Origin: an uncultured Oscillospiraceae bacterium
GTDB taxonomy: Bacteria; Bacillota; Clostridia; Oscillospirales; Acutalibacteraceae
Length of the DNA stretch: 42,589 bases
Direction of reading: 5' to 3'
Assembly: GCA_905193585.1 (NCBI GenBank)
Contig: CAJJPG010000001.1
Span: forward strand, 1-42,589
Shown here: positions 9,678 through 18,580 of the stretch, piece by piece
Numbering within the stretch: position 1 is the first letter of the stretch
Layout of the letters: every line of letters starts with the position of its first letter
Notes under the pieces: generated by a model
Told to the model about the DNA's origin: nothing
Databases searched by the model: none
What the model saw: only the letters and a program-made list of their open reading frames with translations
Translations under genes and position numbers: made by a program

Positions 9678-10769
9678 CTAAAGCAATTTTCCGACCGCCG
9701 CATAAAGCGCGTCACCCAAGGCTTTTCCGCCGTTACCGTCCGGGTGAGGTCCGTAAAGCGACATATGCCTTCTCGGTGACGGTTTTCCGATAATATCGGA
9801 AACATCAAAAAAACCGTCTGCATTTTTTGATACGGTATTACGCAGAAAATCGTTCACGGCATACCATTTTTTCTTATCCTCTCCCACCATATCAAACGGC
9901 GGTACGGAAAGCAGTATAACCTTGCAGCCGGCCGATTTTAAAAGATACACAATACGCTCCGTATCATTACAGATACCCGTAACGGAACGGTGCATATTTA
10001 TATCGTTAACTCCGAAACAAACAAAAACCGTATCGCCCGTCTTTGCCTTTTTCAGCCAGCTGCCGTCGGTTACTGCGTCATACGCATGCCCGCAGCCGAG
10101 CCCCAAATTCCAAAAGCTGAAATTTTTTCCCAACCGCTCTGCAAGTCTTGCAGCCCAAAACTCATATTTATCGGGCGTTGTGCCGAGGCCTTGGGTAATG
10201 GAATCGCCGATAAATACAACTTTTTTGCTTTTGCTGACCCTTATACCCACAAAAATCGGCTGAGGGAATTCTTTATCCTCTTTAAAACCGTTTTCGTCCA
10301 GAGAAAATGCGGGTACAATTTTATCGGGTGTAAAAGGTATCTCACTGCCGCTGAAGGTGATTTCAAAGCATAAATAATGATTTTTCGGAATTTCAAGCTC
10401 AGCTTCATCGCTCCAAAAAATTTCTCCCGGCAGCACATCCTTTTTCGTACTGCCCGAAAAGCTTAAAGGTACAAGTTTTCCCGACATATGCGGATCGCCG
10501 TAAGCACCGCCGTCGCCCGCAAAAGCGGAAACGATCCGCCAACTGCCGCCAAGGCAATTTGCCTGACATTCTGTTCCGTCTCCATATGTGCTGTCAACAC
10601 AGTTTGAAAAGCAAAATCTGTAAATTGATTTTCCGTGTTTTTGAACCTTATAATAAATTGCCGAGGTTTTATTATCAAAACTGCCCTTTAAAATAAAGTT
10701 ATTATTCGTTCCCGCAACGGTATTTGACGAATATTCTTCAAAAAGCTTAAATGCGTTATCAAAAGTCAT
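9678..10769 (-). CDS. SGNH/GDSL esterase with ~180-aa N-terminal beta-sandwich domain, cytoplasmic
   Basis: SGNH blocks: VVFIGDSITQG, GLGCG, FGVNDI, GPHPDGNG. The track ORF starts at a TTG (10778). The ATG at 10769 (MTFDNAF) overlaps the upstream TGA (ATGACTTTTGA) and is the likelier start. Confidence 0.8.
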   Translation of the reverse strand: MTFDNAFKLFEEYSSNTVAGTNNNFILKGSFDNKTSAIYYKVQKHGKSIYRFCFSNCVDSTYGDGTECQANCLGGSWRIVSAFAGDGGAYGDPHMSGKLVPLSFSGSTKKDVLPGEIFWSDEAELEIPKNHYLCFEITFSGSEIPFTPDKIVPAFSLDENGFKEDKEFPQPIFVGIRVSKSKKVVFIGDSITQGLGTTPDKYEFWAARLAERLGKNFSFWNLGLGCGHAYDAVTDGSWLKKAKTGDTVFVCFGVNDINMHRSVTGICNDTERIVYLLKSAGCKVILLSVPPFDMVGEDKKKWYAVNDFLRNTVSKNADGFFDVSDIIGKPSPRRHMSLYGPHPDGNGGKALGDALYAAVGKLL

Positions 10770-11388
10770 ACTTATCAATTACTTTCCCTATAGCCTCGGA
10801 TGCCCAACCGCCGATAAGCCTTGCGCCCGCCTCTTTAGGATGAACGCCGTCAAATGTCAGATCTTCGTTACGGTATTCTATTGCCGCAGCTGTCATCATT
10901 CCGTCAAGCGGAACAAGTATATCCGCATATTCGCGCGAAAGCGCCCTTATTGCGTCTATATCGGGGTCAAGCTTTTCCCTGAACGGTTTTTCGGGATTAT
11001 CAAGCAAAAACGGCTCCATAACAACAAGGCCTGCCTTTGTTTTGCTTTTAAGTGTTTCAAGCATGCGGCGGCAATTTTCCGAATACTCTTCGGTTGTTAT
11101 ATCAAGACCGTGTGCATAGCTGTGCCAAACATCGTTAATGCCTATCATAAAGCATACAATATCCGGTTGAACGGCAATGCAATCTTTTTCCCATCTTTCA
11201 AGCAGATCCCCGCTTTTATTGCCTGAAATACCTAAATTAAGAAATTCAAGCTGTTTTTGCGGGAATACCTCTTTAAGTCTTTGTGCTGCAAATTTGGCAT
11301 AACCTTTTCCCAAGTGATGCGGGTCGTTTCTGTCGCGTTCCTCATCGGTCACGCTGTCGCCCTGAAATAAAATTTTAACGGTCTTCAA
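10759..11388 (-). CDS. SGNH/GDSL esterase, cytoplasmic
   Basis: 209 aa. SGNH blocks: ILFQGDSVTD, GISGN, IGINDV, DGVHP. The start is a TTG preceded by RBS GAGGGGG. Confidence 0.85.
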   Translation of the reverse strand: MKTVKILFQGDSVTDEERDRNDPHHLGKGYAKFAAQRLKEVFPQKQLEFLNLGISGNKSGDLLERWEKDCIAVQPDIVCFMIGINDVWHSYAHGLDITTEEYSENCRRMLETLKSKTKAGLVVMEPFLLDNPEKPFREKLDPDIDAIRALSREYADILVPLDGMMTAAAIEYRNEDLTFDGVHPKEAGARLIGGWASEAIGKVIDKYDF

Positions 11389-11407
11389 AAAACATTCCCC
11401 CTCGGTT

Positions 11408-14400
11408 TTATTCCTTTTCCATTTTAATCCTTTTTTCGCGTTTTTTCTTTATAAGTATTATTGCAGCTACCGCGCCCGCAATTAAAAGCACACCGCCGAC
11501 AACTCCGAGAACGATTACCCACGTTTCTATATATTCGTAATACATATCGGGACTGCCTTTTCTTACCACCTTGCGCTTTTTTCTTATAATACTCTTTTTG
11601 GTCTCCGGAACGGTTTCATCGTCGTCGGTTTCCGACATATCTATCCGTTCGCCGCTGTCTGTGCCGTCGGTTGCGGCATATGCCGAGCGATACACCCCGA
11701 AATCATAAACAGTGACCGTTTTTCCGCCGCCTGCCGTAATATCCGAAACCTTTACATACCGCGCGTTTACAGGGTCAAAGCGCAGTATATCCACCATACC
11801 GTCGGAATCCGTAACCGCCGACACTTCCTGCCAATTTTCGCCGTTTTTTGATACCGAAACGTTATAATTCTTGCCGTAGCCCGAATTATTCACCCATTTG
11901 ACCTCCACGCGGTCGATTGTTTCCTTTTTTCCTAAGTCAACGGAGAAAAATGCCTCGTCAAGCTTGGTAACGGTCCACTGCGTATCCTTTTTACCGTCAA
12001 CAATATTTTCAGGCTTTGTATCGGACGCCCTGAACGAATGCGTCGTTATTTTTTTATTCTCCGCCAAATTTTTTGAAAGCAAGCCGCCCAATGTAATAGA
12101 AATACTGTTCCAATCGGCAGCGGGCAAACGAATAACGGTTTTTGTATAACTGTCAACATAATATCCGCTTTCATCGGATTCAGGCATATGGTCAAGCTTT
12201 TCAAGCGCTTTGCCGTCCACCTTTACTTCGCTCGCGTTTATACCGTAAGCCAGTATAACCTTTTCCTTTGAAGCGCGGTCTGCCGAAACGGTAAACGTAT
12301 TTCCGTCGGCTGAGGAAGTATACACGGTCCTTGTATTTTTATCGCTCCAATACTCCTCCTGTCTTTTCCCGTTCGGAGCGGTTACAACAAGCGCCTCAAC
12401 CGCCGAATCGGACTCTATTTTATCCGTAAGAGAAAGGGTTTTGCCCGAAACGGTAACAGGAATTACCGAGCCGCTCCTTATAAATACCGGCGTAAGGTTA
12501 AGGGGAGCGTCAACATCATATTCACTGCCGCCCTTATACAGTCTGCCGGTCCACAGATCAAACCAATTTCCTTTTGGCAGCGTCACCTTTGTATGGTAAA
12601 GATAATCCGTAATCGGGCAGACAAGCAGATCATCGCAGAACATATACTCGCTTTCGCTGTTTAAAAGCTTGCTGTTGCCGGGGAATGAAAGCGCCATTGA
12701 TTTAGAAACGGGCGAGCCTGTTTTGTTAGCTTTTATCGCGCTGCTGTAAATCTTATTAAGCAGGTTTTCACGCAGCCAATAGTGAGAAACAAAGGTGTTC
12801 GCTGCAACATCTCCCCAATGCCACGGATCCTGCTCACCCTGCCCGTGCAGGCGCATATACGGGCTGAATGTACCGAATTGCAGCCAACGCGTATATATTT
12901 CGCTGTTTTCCGTTGCACCGTAGCCGCCTATATCCGAGCCCCAGTTTGAAAATCCGCACGCAGTAAGCGTAAGCATTGCGTTTACCGCTCGTTTCATTCC
13001 GCCAAACGTGCCCTTTTGGTCGCCGCTGAAATTGCCTGCCCAAACCTGAGAGCCCTGGGTGGCATTACGCGCGAAGAGTACAAAGTCATCGCCGTATTTT
13101 TCCGAAAATACCTGATTATTTACTTTAGAATAGTAATAGCTTGAAAAATTATGAAACTCCGCGCCGGTCATACCGTTGTAAGCAAGCACGCTTTCCGGAA
13201 TGTATTCGCCGTAATCCACCATAAGCCCTTTCAAGCCCCAGTCAAGATACTTTTTCCACCTTTCGCGCTGAACCGCAAGCGCATTCGGGTGCGAATAATC
13301 CATTGTTCCCGTGCTCGGCTGAACGGCATATGTCCAAGGATTCAGCGCGTCCCTGAAACAGGGCAGCTCGTAATCCGAAAACAGCGTGCTGAGACTCGGT
13401 ATCCAATAGCTCATATCGGCACGGCTTTGGAACGGAGTAGTCCATGCAAGCATTCTTGTATTTGTTGATAAAAGCTTATTATAGGACTGAATATTGTAGG
13501 AAAGCTCTCCCTCGCCGTAAAGCGCCGCTATATCGGTTATTCCGAGCTTTTTATATCCGGACAGAGACTCGGTAAGCTTACCCAGAACATTTTCCGTACC
13601 GTCGGATTCCCATGTCTGCCCCGAAGCGCCCGCCCAATAACGGTACGCCCATTTAGGCGAAAGCAACGGAGTTCCCGTAAGCGAGGTATATGACGCTATA
13701 TTTTCAAGCGGAGAGCCGGTCCAAAAATACATATCAAATTTAGGACCATTGAAATCAAGCGAATACTTGCGCTTATCAGTAACGCCTATGTCCGCAACGG
13801 CGCTGTAAGCCGAATTGAAAAACAGCATATATCCTACAGAGCTGTGCAAAATCGGAATATTTTTATAGGATGTTCCGTCCTCGCTCCATGAGTCCTGATT
13901 CCACAGCACCGTTTTAATTCCGAGCTGATTAAAGGCTTCAAAACGCTCGCCCAAGCCGTAAAGACTCTCTCCCTCGCTTATTCCGCACTCAAGCTTAACC
14001 TTTTTAAGCACGCCGTTTTGGTAGCCGAACCAAATTTGATCCGCCGCAAAACGCGCAACCTGATTATTCATATTATTAAAAATATCAATCTTCCATTTTT
14101 CGGCGGAGGTATCAAGCAAAACCTGAGTTCCGTCATGAGCCTTCATCGAAAGCTCTTTATCCGATATCTCCTCGTATTCGATTTTATTGAGCTTTTCGGG
14201 AGTGAAAAAGCCTTCCGCCTCACCGTAAAGCCGAAAGCCACCGAAGGACGGGAAAACCAAAGTCAGCTTTTGCTCACTGCCGTTAACCGAAACATACAGC
14301 ACAAGAGATTCCTCGTTCTTTTCCACCCTCAAAATGCTTTCGGGATAATACCATTTCACCTTAACGGTAGACGGATATACCTGTGCCGAAGCGGAAAAGG

Positions 14401-14467
14401 GAATCAATACAATAAATAAAAGCGAGCAAAAAAGAGCTGCAAGCCTTTTCAATATATTTACCTTCAT
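11408..14467 (-). CDS. Surface GH31 glycoside hydrolase (YicI-like clade) with F5/8-type-C (CBM32-like) domain and C-terminal membrane anchor
   Basis: The signal peptide ends in SASAQ. GH31 blocks: WNQDSW, nucleophile block GLMVDYGEYIP, NFSGDQ, WGSDIGGY. The F5/8C-like segment runs NIVDGKKDTQW..VDLGKKETIDRVEVKW..NGENWQEV..NARYVKV. The C-terminus has an acidic then basic linker, a TM helix (WVIVLGVVGGVLLIAGAVAAIILI) and a KKKREKR tail. The true start is the ATG at 14467 (RBS GGAGGA 7 nt upstream), not the TTG at 14482 used by the track. Confidence 0.9.
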   Translation of the reverse strand: MKVNILKRLAALFCSLLFIVLIPFSASAQVYPSTVKVKWYYPESILRVEKNEESLVLYVSVNGSEQKLTLVFPSFGGFRLYGEAEGFFTPEKLNKIEYEEISDKELSMKAHDGTQVLLDTSAEKWKIDIFNNMNNQVARFAADQIWFGYQNGVLKKVKLECGISEGESLYGLGERFEAFNQLGIKTVLWNQDSWSEDGTSYKNIPILHSSVGYMLFFNSAYSAVADIGVTDKRKYSLDFNGPKFDMYFWTGSPLENIASYTSLTGTPLLSPKWAYRYWAGASGQTWESDGTENVLGKLTESLSGYKKLGITDIAALYGEGELSYNIQSYNKLLSTNTRMLAWTTPFQSRADMSYWIPSLSTLFSDYELPCFRDALNPWTYAVQPSTGTMDYSHPNALAVQRERWKKYLDWGLKGLMVDYGEYIPESVLAYNGMTGAEFHNFSSYYYSKVNNQVFSEKYGDDFVLFARNATQGSQVWAGNFSGDQKGTFGGMKRAVNAMLTLTACGFSNWGSDIGGYGATENSEIYTRWLQFGTFSPYMRLHGQGEQDPWHWGDVAANTFVSHYWLRENLLNKIYSSAIKANKTGSPVSKSMALSFPGNSKLLNSESEYMFCDDLLVCPITDYLYHTKVTLPKGNWFDLWTGRLYKGGSEYDVDAPLNLTPVFIRSGSVIPVTVSGKTLSLTDKIESDSAVEALVVTAPNGKRQEEYWSDKNTRTVYTSSADGNTFTVSADRASKEKVILAYGINASEVKVDGKALEKLDHMPESDESGYYVDSYTKTVIRLPAADWNSISITLGGLLSKNLAENKKITTHSFRASDTKPENIVDGKKDTQWTVTKLDEAFFSVDLGKKETIDRVEVKWVNNSGYGKNYNVSVSKNGENWQEVSAVTDSDGMVDILRFDPVNARYVKVSDITAGGGKTVTVYDFGVYRSAYAATDGTDSGERIDMSETDDDETVPETKKSIIRKKRKVVRKGSPDMYYEYIETWVIVLGVVGGVLLIAGAVAAIILIKKKREKRIKMEKE

Positions 14468-14482
14468 TATGCGTTCCTCCAA

Positions 14483-16753
14483 TTAAATAAAACCGATCCG
14501 CGCCGTTTTCCAGCTTTCGGCGGGAATATCCGCAATTACTCTGCCGCATACATCGGACCGAATATATTTTTTATCCACAGCTTTCCCATCAACGGTTATA
14601 TGAACCTTTCGGGCGTCTGCGTATAAAATAAGCTTACGGTATGCAGCCTGCCGCTCCCATTGCAATTCGCAGCCGCCTTCTTCGGCTTTAAGGCAATATG
14701 CTTTTTTCGCCGTATTTTCCGAGTAAATCACACCCACTGATGAAATATCGGGCGGAGTTATAAGCAGCGCCGGTGTACAGCTGCCCGAATATACAGGCTC
14801 TGCAAGCTCTCCGCTTTCGCCGAGACGTATCGGAATAACGCTGCCCGCCCTTATATATACGGGTATGTCTTCAATTTCGGCCGAAACGGTTTTGGTAACG
14901 CCGCCCAACACCCTTTCGCCGCCGAATAAACCGTACCAGCTGCCGCTCGGGAAAACTATTTCCTTTTTATTCGCGCCCTCTTCAAGCACGGGGCAAACAA
15001 GCAGCCTTTCGCAGAACATATACTGACCGTTCACATCCGGCGCAATACCCTCTTCGGGAAATGCCGCTGCCATATTCATCACCGTGGGAATACCCTCTGT
15101 GTGCGCACGCACGGCTGACGAATAAATGCAGTCAAGTAAATTTTCGCGTATCCAATACATTTTGCAAAAGACCCGAATCGCCGTATCACCGTAGGTCCAC
15201 GGGTCGCGGTCAAGCCCCGCGCCGTGGGCGCGCATAAGCGGGTTAAACGTGCCGAATTGAAGCCATCTTATATACACCTCGGGCGTAGGCGGACCGCCGT
15301 AGCCGCCTATATCCGTTCCCCAAACGGAAAAGCCGCATGAGGTAAGGTTAAGCATACCGTTGATTGCCTGATTAAGACCCTCAAAGCTTGAAACCTGATC
15401 GCCGCCGAAATTTCCTACCCACTTTTGGCAGCCTGCGCACCCGCTGCGTGAAAACAGTATGCAATCATCACCCATTTCGCCGTACCATGCATCATGATAA
15501 GCTTTGTTATACCAGTATGAAACGCCGTTGTGCATTTCATCGCCCGTCATACCGTTGGATGAAAGACTTTTAACAGGCAGTATTTCTCCGTAATCGACCA
15601 TACAGCCTTTAAGTCCCCAATCCCAAAGCTTTCTGAAAAAAGCGGAAACTACCTTTACCGCGTTCGGGTGAGCAAAATCTATTACCTCGCGCCCCGCCTG
15701 CTTTGTGCGGTCGTCGGGATTCATAAAATACGGAATTTCCCGAAGCTCATCCGTACCGAGCAGCTCCGCCATTTCACTTATAAGCAGCGAGGGGTGATTC
15801 CAACCGATCATTCTGGTGCCCGTTTTTTTAAGAATTTCATAGGCGGGCTCGTTGTTCATCGGCTTACCCTCGCCGCCCAGGGCGGCAATATCCGGCATAC
15901 CCATTTCGGCATATTTACGCAGAGTTTCCTCCAATGCTTCAAGGTAATTTTCCGGACCCGATTTTTCATCCCATACCTGATAAGCGCCGCCCGCCCAATA
16001 CCTCAGTGCCCATTTGGGCGGCAGTATCGGCTTGCCGGTAAGCTCGGTATACATACGTATATTTTCCGCCGGGGTGCCAAGGAAGAAATACGCGTCCCAT
16101 TTAGGGCCTTCAAATTCCAAAAGCATTTTATCGGGATCGGTTTTTCCTATATCCGCCTCGCAGTTGTAAAAAGAGTTAAAAAACATCATATGTCCTGCGG
16201 TGCTGTGAAAAATCGGCATATTTTTATAAGCCGCAACGCCCTTGCTCCAGCAGTCGGCATTCCACAAAGAAAATTGCGTGTCCCTGTGGTTAAGGGTATT
16301 AAAGCGTTCCCCAAAGCCGTATATGCCCTCATTCTCTGCAAGAAAACTGCTGTATGCCGCTTTACACAGACTTTCCCCGTCATATCCGAACATTATCTGC
16401 GAACCCTCGATTAAAAGCCTTTTTCGTAATGTCTCAGCGGTAATTTCAATATGTAACGCGCTTTTGCCGTTATTTATATAAACCGAAGTTCCGCTGCCGT
16501 CCGAAAGCCGTATTTTATCATCGGAATACGTCGCCGCAATCTTCTTCAGGTCATTCGGCTCAAAATACCCAGCGTTTTCACTGCAAAGCCTTACTCCGCC
16601 GCCTGCGGGAAAGCTTAAAAACAGCTTTATCTCACCCTTTTGACCCGTGCAGTAAAGAACCGCCCTTTTATCTTCAAGCTCCGCTTTTAAAAAATATTCC
16701 GCAGAATACCATTCGACCTCTTTTATCTCAACGCCGAACTGATTTGTTTTCAT
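14483..16753 (-). CDS. Cytoplasmic GH31 glycoside hydrolase (YicI-like clade)
   Basis: No signal peptide. GH31 blocks: WNADCW, GCMVDYGEILP, NFGGDQ, WGTDIGGYGG. The start is reassigned to the ATG at 16753 (MKTNQFG, RBS AGGGGTG). This removes the 41-nt overlap with the upstream permease. Confidence 0.9.
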   Translation of the reverse strand: MKTNQFGVEIKEVEWYSAEYFLKAELEDKRAVLYCTGQKGEIKLFLSFPAGGGVRLCSENAGYFEPNDLKKIAATYSDDKIRLSDGSGTSVYINNGKSALHIEITAETLRKRLLIEGSQIMFGYDGESLCKAAYSSFLAENEGIYGFGERFNTLNHRDTQFSLWNADCWSKGVAAYKNMPIFHSTAGHMMFFNSFYNCEADIGKTDPDKMLLEFEGPKWDAYFFLGTPAENIRMYTELTGKPILPPKWALRYWAGGAYQVWDEKSGPENYLEALEETLRKYAEMGMPDIAALGGEGKPMNNEPAYEILKKTGTRMIGWNHPSLLISEMAELLGTDELREIPYFMNPDDRTKQAGREVIDFAHPNAVKVVSAFFRKLWDWGLKGCMVDYGEILPVKSLSSNGMTGDEMHNGVSYWYNKAYHDAWYGEMGDDCILFSRSGCAGCQKWVGNFGGDQVSSFEGLNQAINGMLNLTSCGFSVWGTDIGGYGGPPTPEVYIRWLQFGTFNPLMRAHGAGLDRDPWTYGDTAIRVFCKMYWIRENLLDCIYSSAVRAHTEGIPTVMNMAAAFPEEGIAPDVNGQYMFCERLLVCPVLEEGANKKEIVFPSGSWYGLFGGERVLGGVTKTVSAEIEDIPVYIRAGSVIPIRLGESGELAEPVYSGSCTPALLITPPDISSVGVIYSENTAKKAYCLKAEEGGCELQWERQAAYRKLILYADARKVHITVDGKAVDKKYIRSDVCGRVIADIPAESWKTARIGFI

Positions 16754-16769
16754 CGGTGTCACCCCTATA

Positions 16770-17702
16770 TCATTCGCCGGCAATACCGGTTCTGTCAATA
16801 CTTTCCACAAACTGCTTCTGTAAGCATATATACAAAATCAAAATAGGCAAAATTGAAAGCAAAGTTCCCGCAAGAGATGTTGCCTGATTAAGCCTTGAGA
16901 CTGTATTTACGGCGTCATCCTTGCCGAAAATTGCCTCGTATCTCGCCGTAAAATTGCTTAACTGAACGGGCAATGTGGGAATCGCGTCCGCAAAGTACAT
17001 ACTTGCCTGGGTAGTTTCGTTCCAATACCATACCCCCGAAAAAAGCATTGACAGAACAATTGCCGAGCGCGACATCGGCATTGCAATGCTTGCATAAATT
17101 CTTAACGATGACGCTCCGTCAATTTCAGCCGCCTCATCATATGTGAGCGGGTAGCTTTTGAAAAACATAAAGAAGACCAAGATGAAAATGGCACTTTTTA
17201 AGCCCTGACCGAGCAATGCAGGCAGATACGACGGAAAAACCGTATTGATAATTCCGTAATCGTAAAACAGTGCATACCGCGGAACAAGCATTATCTGCGA
17301 CGGCAAAATAAAGGTTGAAACTATAAGAGCTATCCACATTTTTTTGAGCGGAAACTCATATCTTGCAAGCCCAAACCCGACAACAGACGCAACAAGAGTT
17401 TGAAAGAGCATAGGCAGCACGGTCATTATAAGCGAGTTTAAAAGACTTTTCCAAAAATCAAGCGCGGCAAATGCCTTTTTAAAATTACCGAAAAACAGCT
17501 CGGACGGAATCCAGCTGATCGACGGATCAGCCAAATCCGCAGGAGACATAAAGCTGTTTACAAGCATATACAGTATAGGGTACACATAAATGAAGCCTAT
17601 TCCTATCAATACAGAATAATATACCGCAAGAGAAAGGGGACTTTTACGTTCGTGTGAACCGATAAGCCATTTTTTAATGCTTGACCTTTTCAAAACCGAC
17701 AT
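16770..17702 (-). CDS. CUT1-type carbohydrate ABC transporter permease (MalG-like)
   Basis: Multi-TM protein with EAA loop YDEAAEIDGASSLRIYASIAMPMS. The start is reassigned to the ATG at 17702 (MSVLKRSS), which overlaps the upstream stop as TAATG and has RBS GGGAGG. Confidence 0.9.
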   Translation of the reverse strand: MSVLKRSSIKKWLIGSHERKSPLSLAVYYSVLIGIGFIYVYPILYMLVNSFMSPADLADPSISWIPSELFFGNFKKAFAALDFWKSLLNSLIMTVLPMLFQTLVASVVGFGLARYEFPLKKMWIALIVSTFILPSQIMLVPRYALFYDYGIINTVFPSYLPALLGQGLKSAIFILVFFMFFKSYPLTYDEAAEIDGASSLRIYASIAMPMSRSAIVLSMLFSGVWYWNETTQASMYFADAIPTLPVQLSNFTARYEAIFGKDDAVNTVSRLNQATSLAGTLLSILPILILYICLQKQFVESIDRTGIAGE

Positions 17703-18580
17703 TATCTGTTTGACCTCCCTCTTACGAACAGCGAAATAAGATACACACCTAAAAGTATTGCTATTACGGCGAAAAAGTATATCCACGACATAGCTGCGGA
17801 AATACTGTAAAGCCCCGATGTTGAAAGAATACTGCCCGAAATTTTAATATTTACCGCATTATTTGCATAGTTTGCAATGTCAATTACCGTATAAACCGCG
17901 CAAAGCAGAATCATAGGGCTGACAAACGGCAGCGTTATCTTCCAGAATTTTTCCCATGCACCGGCGCCGTCTATTTCGGCGGCGCTGTAAATATCAGGGC
18001 TGACCTTTTGAAGTCCCGCAAGGAATATAAGTATTTGAACGCCCGAAAACCACAATATCAAAACAAGATTTTCAAGCACGAACATAACCGGCTTTTGGGC
18101 AAAAGCGGGCAGCAGCTTTAAAAATTCAAAAACGGTGGGGGATCTCTCCGAAAAGTTCAGCGAATGCGCCGTTAAAAGCTCGCTTATGGCAGGTCCGCTC
18201 ATTACTACCACCGGGAAGAAAAAAATCACTCTGAAAAAGGTTCTTAACGGAAATTTATTGTTCAGCAACAAAGCTATTATTAAAGAAAATATAAGAATTA
18301 CGGGGGTTGAAAATAAAATCATTGTAACCGTATTTCCGAGATCCATTCTGAATGTTGTATCAACGTTCCATGCGGTATTATAATAATAGTTTCCGCGCCA
18401 AAGCATTTCCATTCCCGCAGGGTCAAGCTTAATTTCATTTAAGCTGAGCCGGACCGAAAATATAAGCGGGTAGAGCGTAAAAAGCAGGAAACCCGCTATC
18501 CACGGAGCTATATATGCGTATCCCGTAATTGCGCTGCGCGTTTTCATATTCAACATTTTACCTTTAGACTTGTTTTTCAC
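17702..18580 (-). CDS. CUT1-type carbohydrate ABC transporter permease (MalF-like)
   Basis: 292 aa, multi-TM, with EAA loop IYSAAEIDGAGAWEKFWKITLPFVSP. The GTG start overlaps the upstream TGA (GTGA at 18577-18580). Confidence 0.9.
   Translation of the reverse strand: MKNKSKGKMLNMKTRSAITGYAYIAPWIAGFLLFTLYPLIFSVRLSLNEIKLDPAGMEMLWRGNYYYNTAWNVDTTFRMDLGNTVTMILFSTPVILIFSLIIALLLNNKFPLRTFFRVIFFFPVVVMSGPAISELLTAHSLNFSERSPTVFEFLKLLPAFAQKPVMFVLENLVLILWFSGVQILIFLAGLQKVSPDIYSAAEIDGAGAWEKFWKITLPFVSPMILLCAVYTVIDIANYANNAVNIKISGSILSTSGLYSISAAMSWIYFFAVIAILLGVYLISLFVRGRSNR

Noticed and set aside
16754-16810. N-terminal extensions of several track ORFs: 16754-16810, 17703-17786, 14468-14482, 34334-34387, 38685-38717, 32630-32641 and 10770-10778.
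   Set aside because: The extensions overlap the upstream gene or a stem-loop and lack an RBS. They also precede an internal ATG that has a good SD and begins a proper signal peptide or conserved N-terminus. The shorter starts were adopted.
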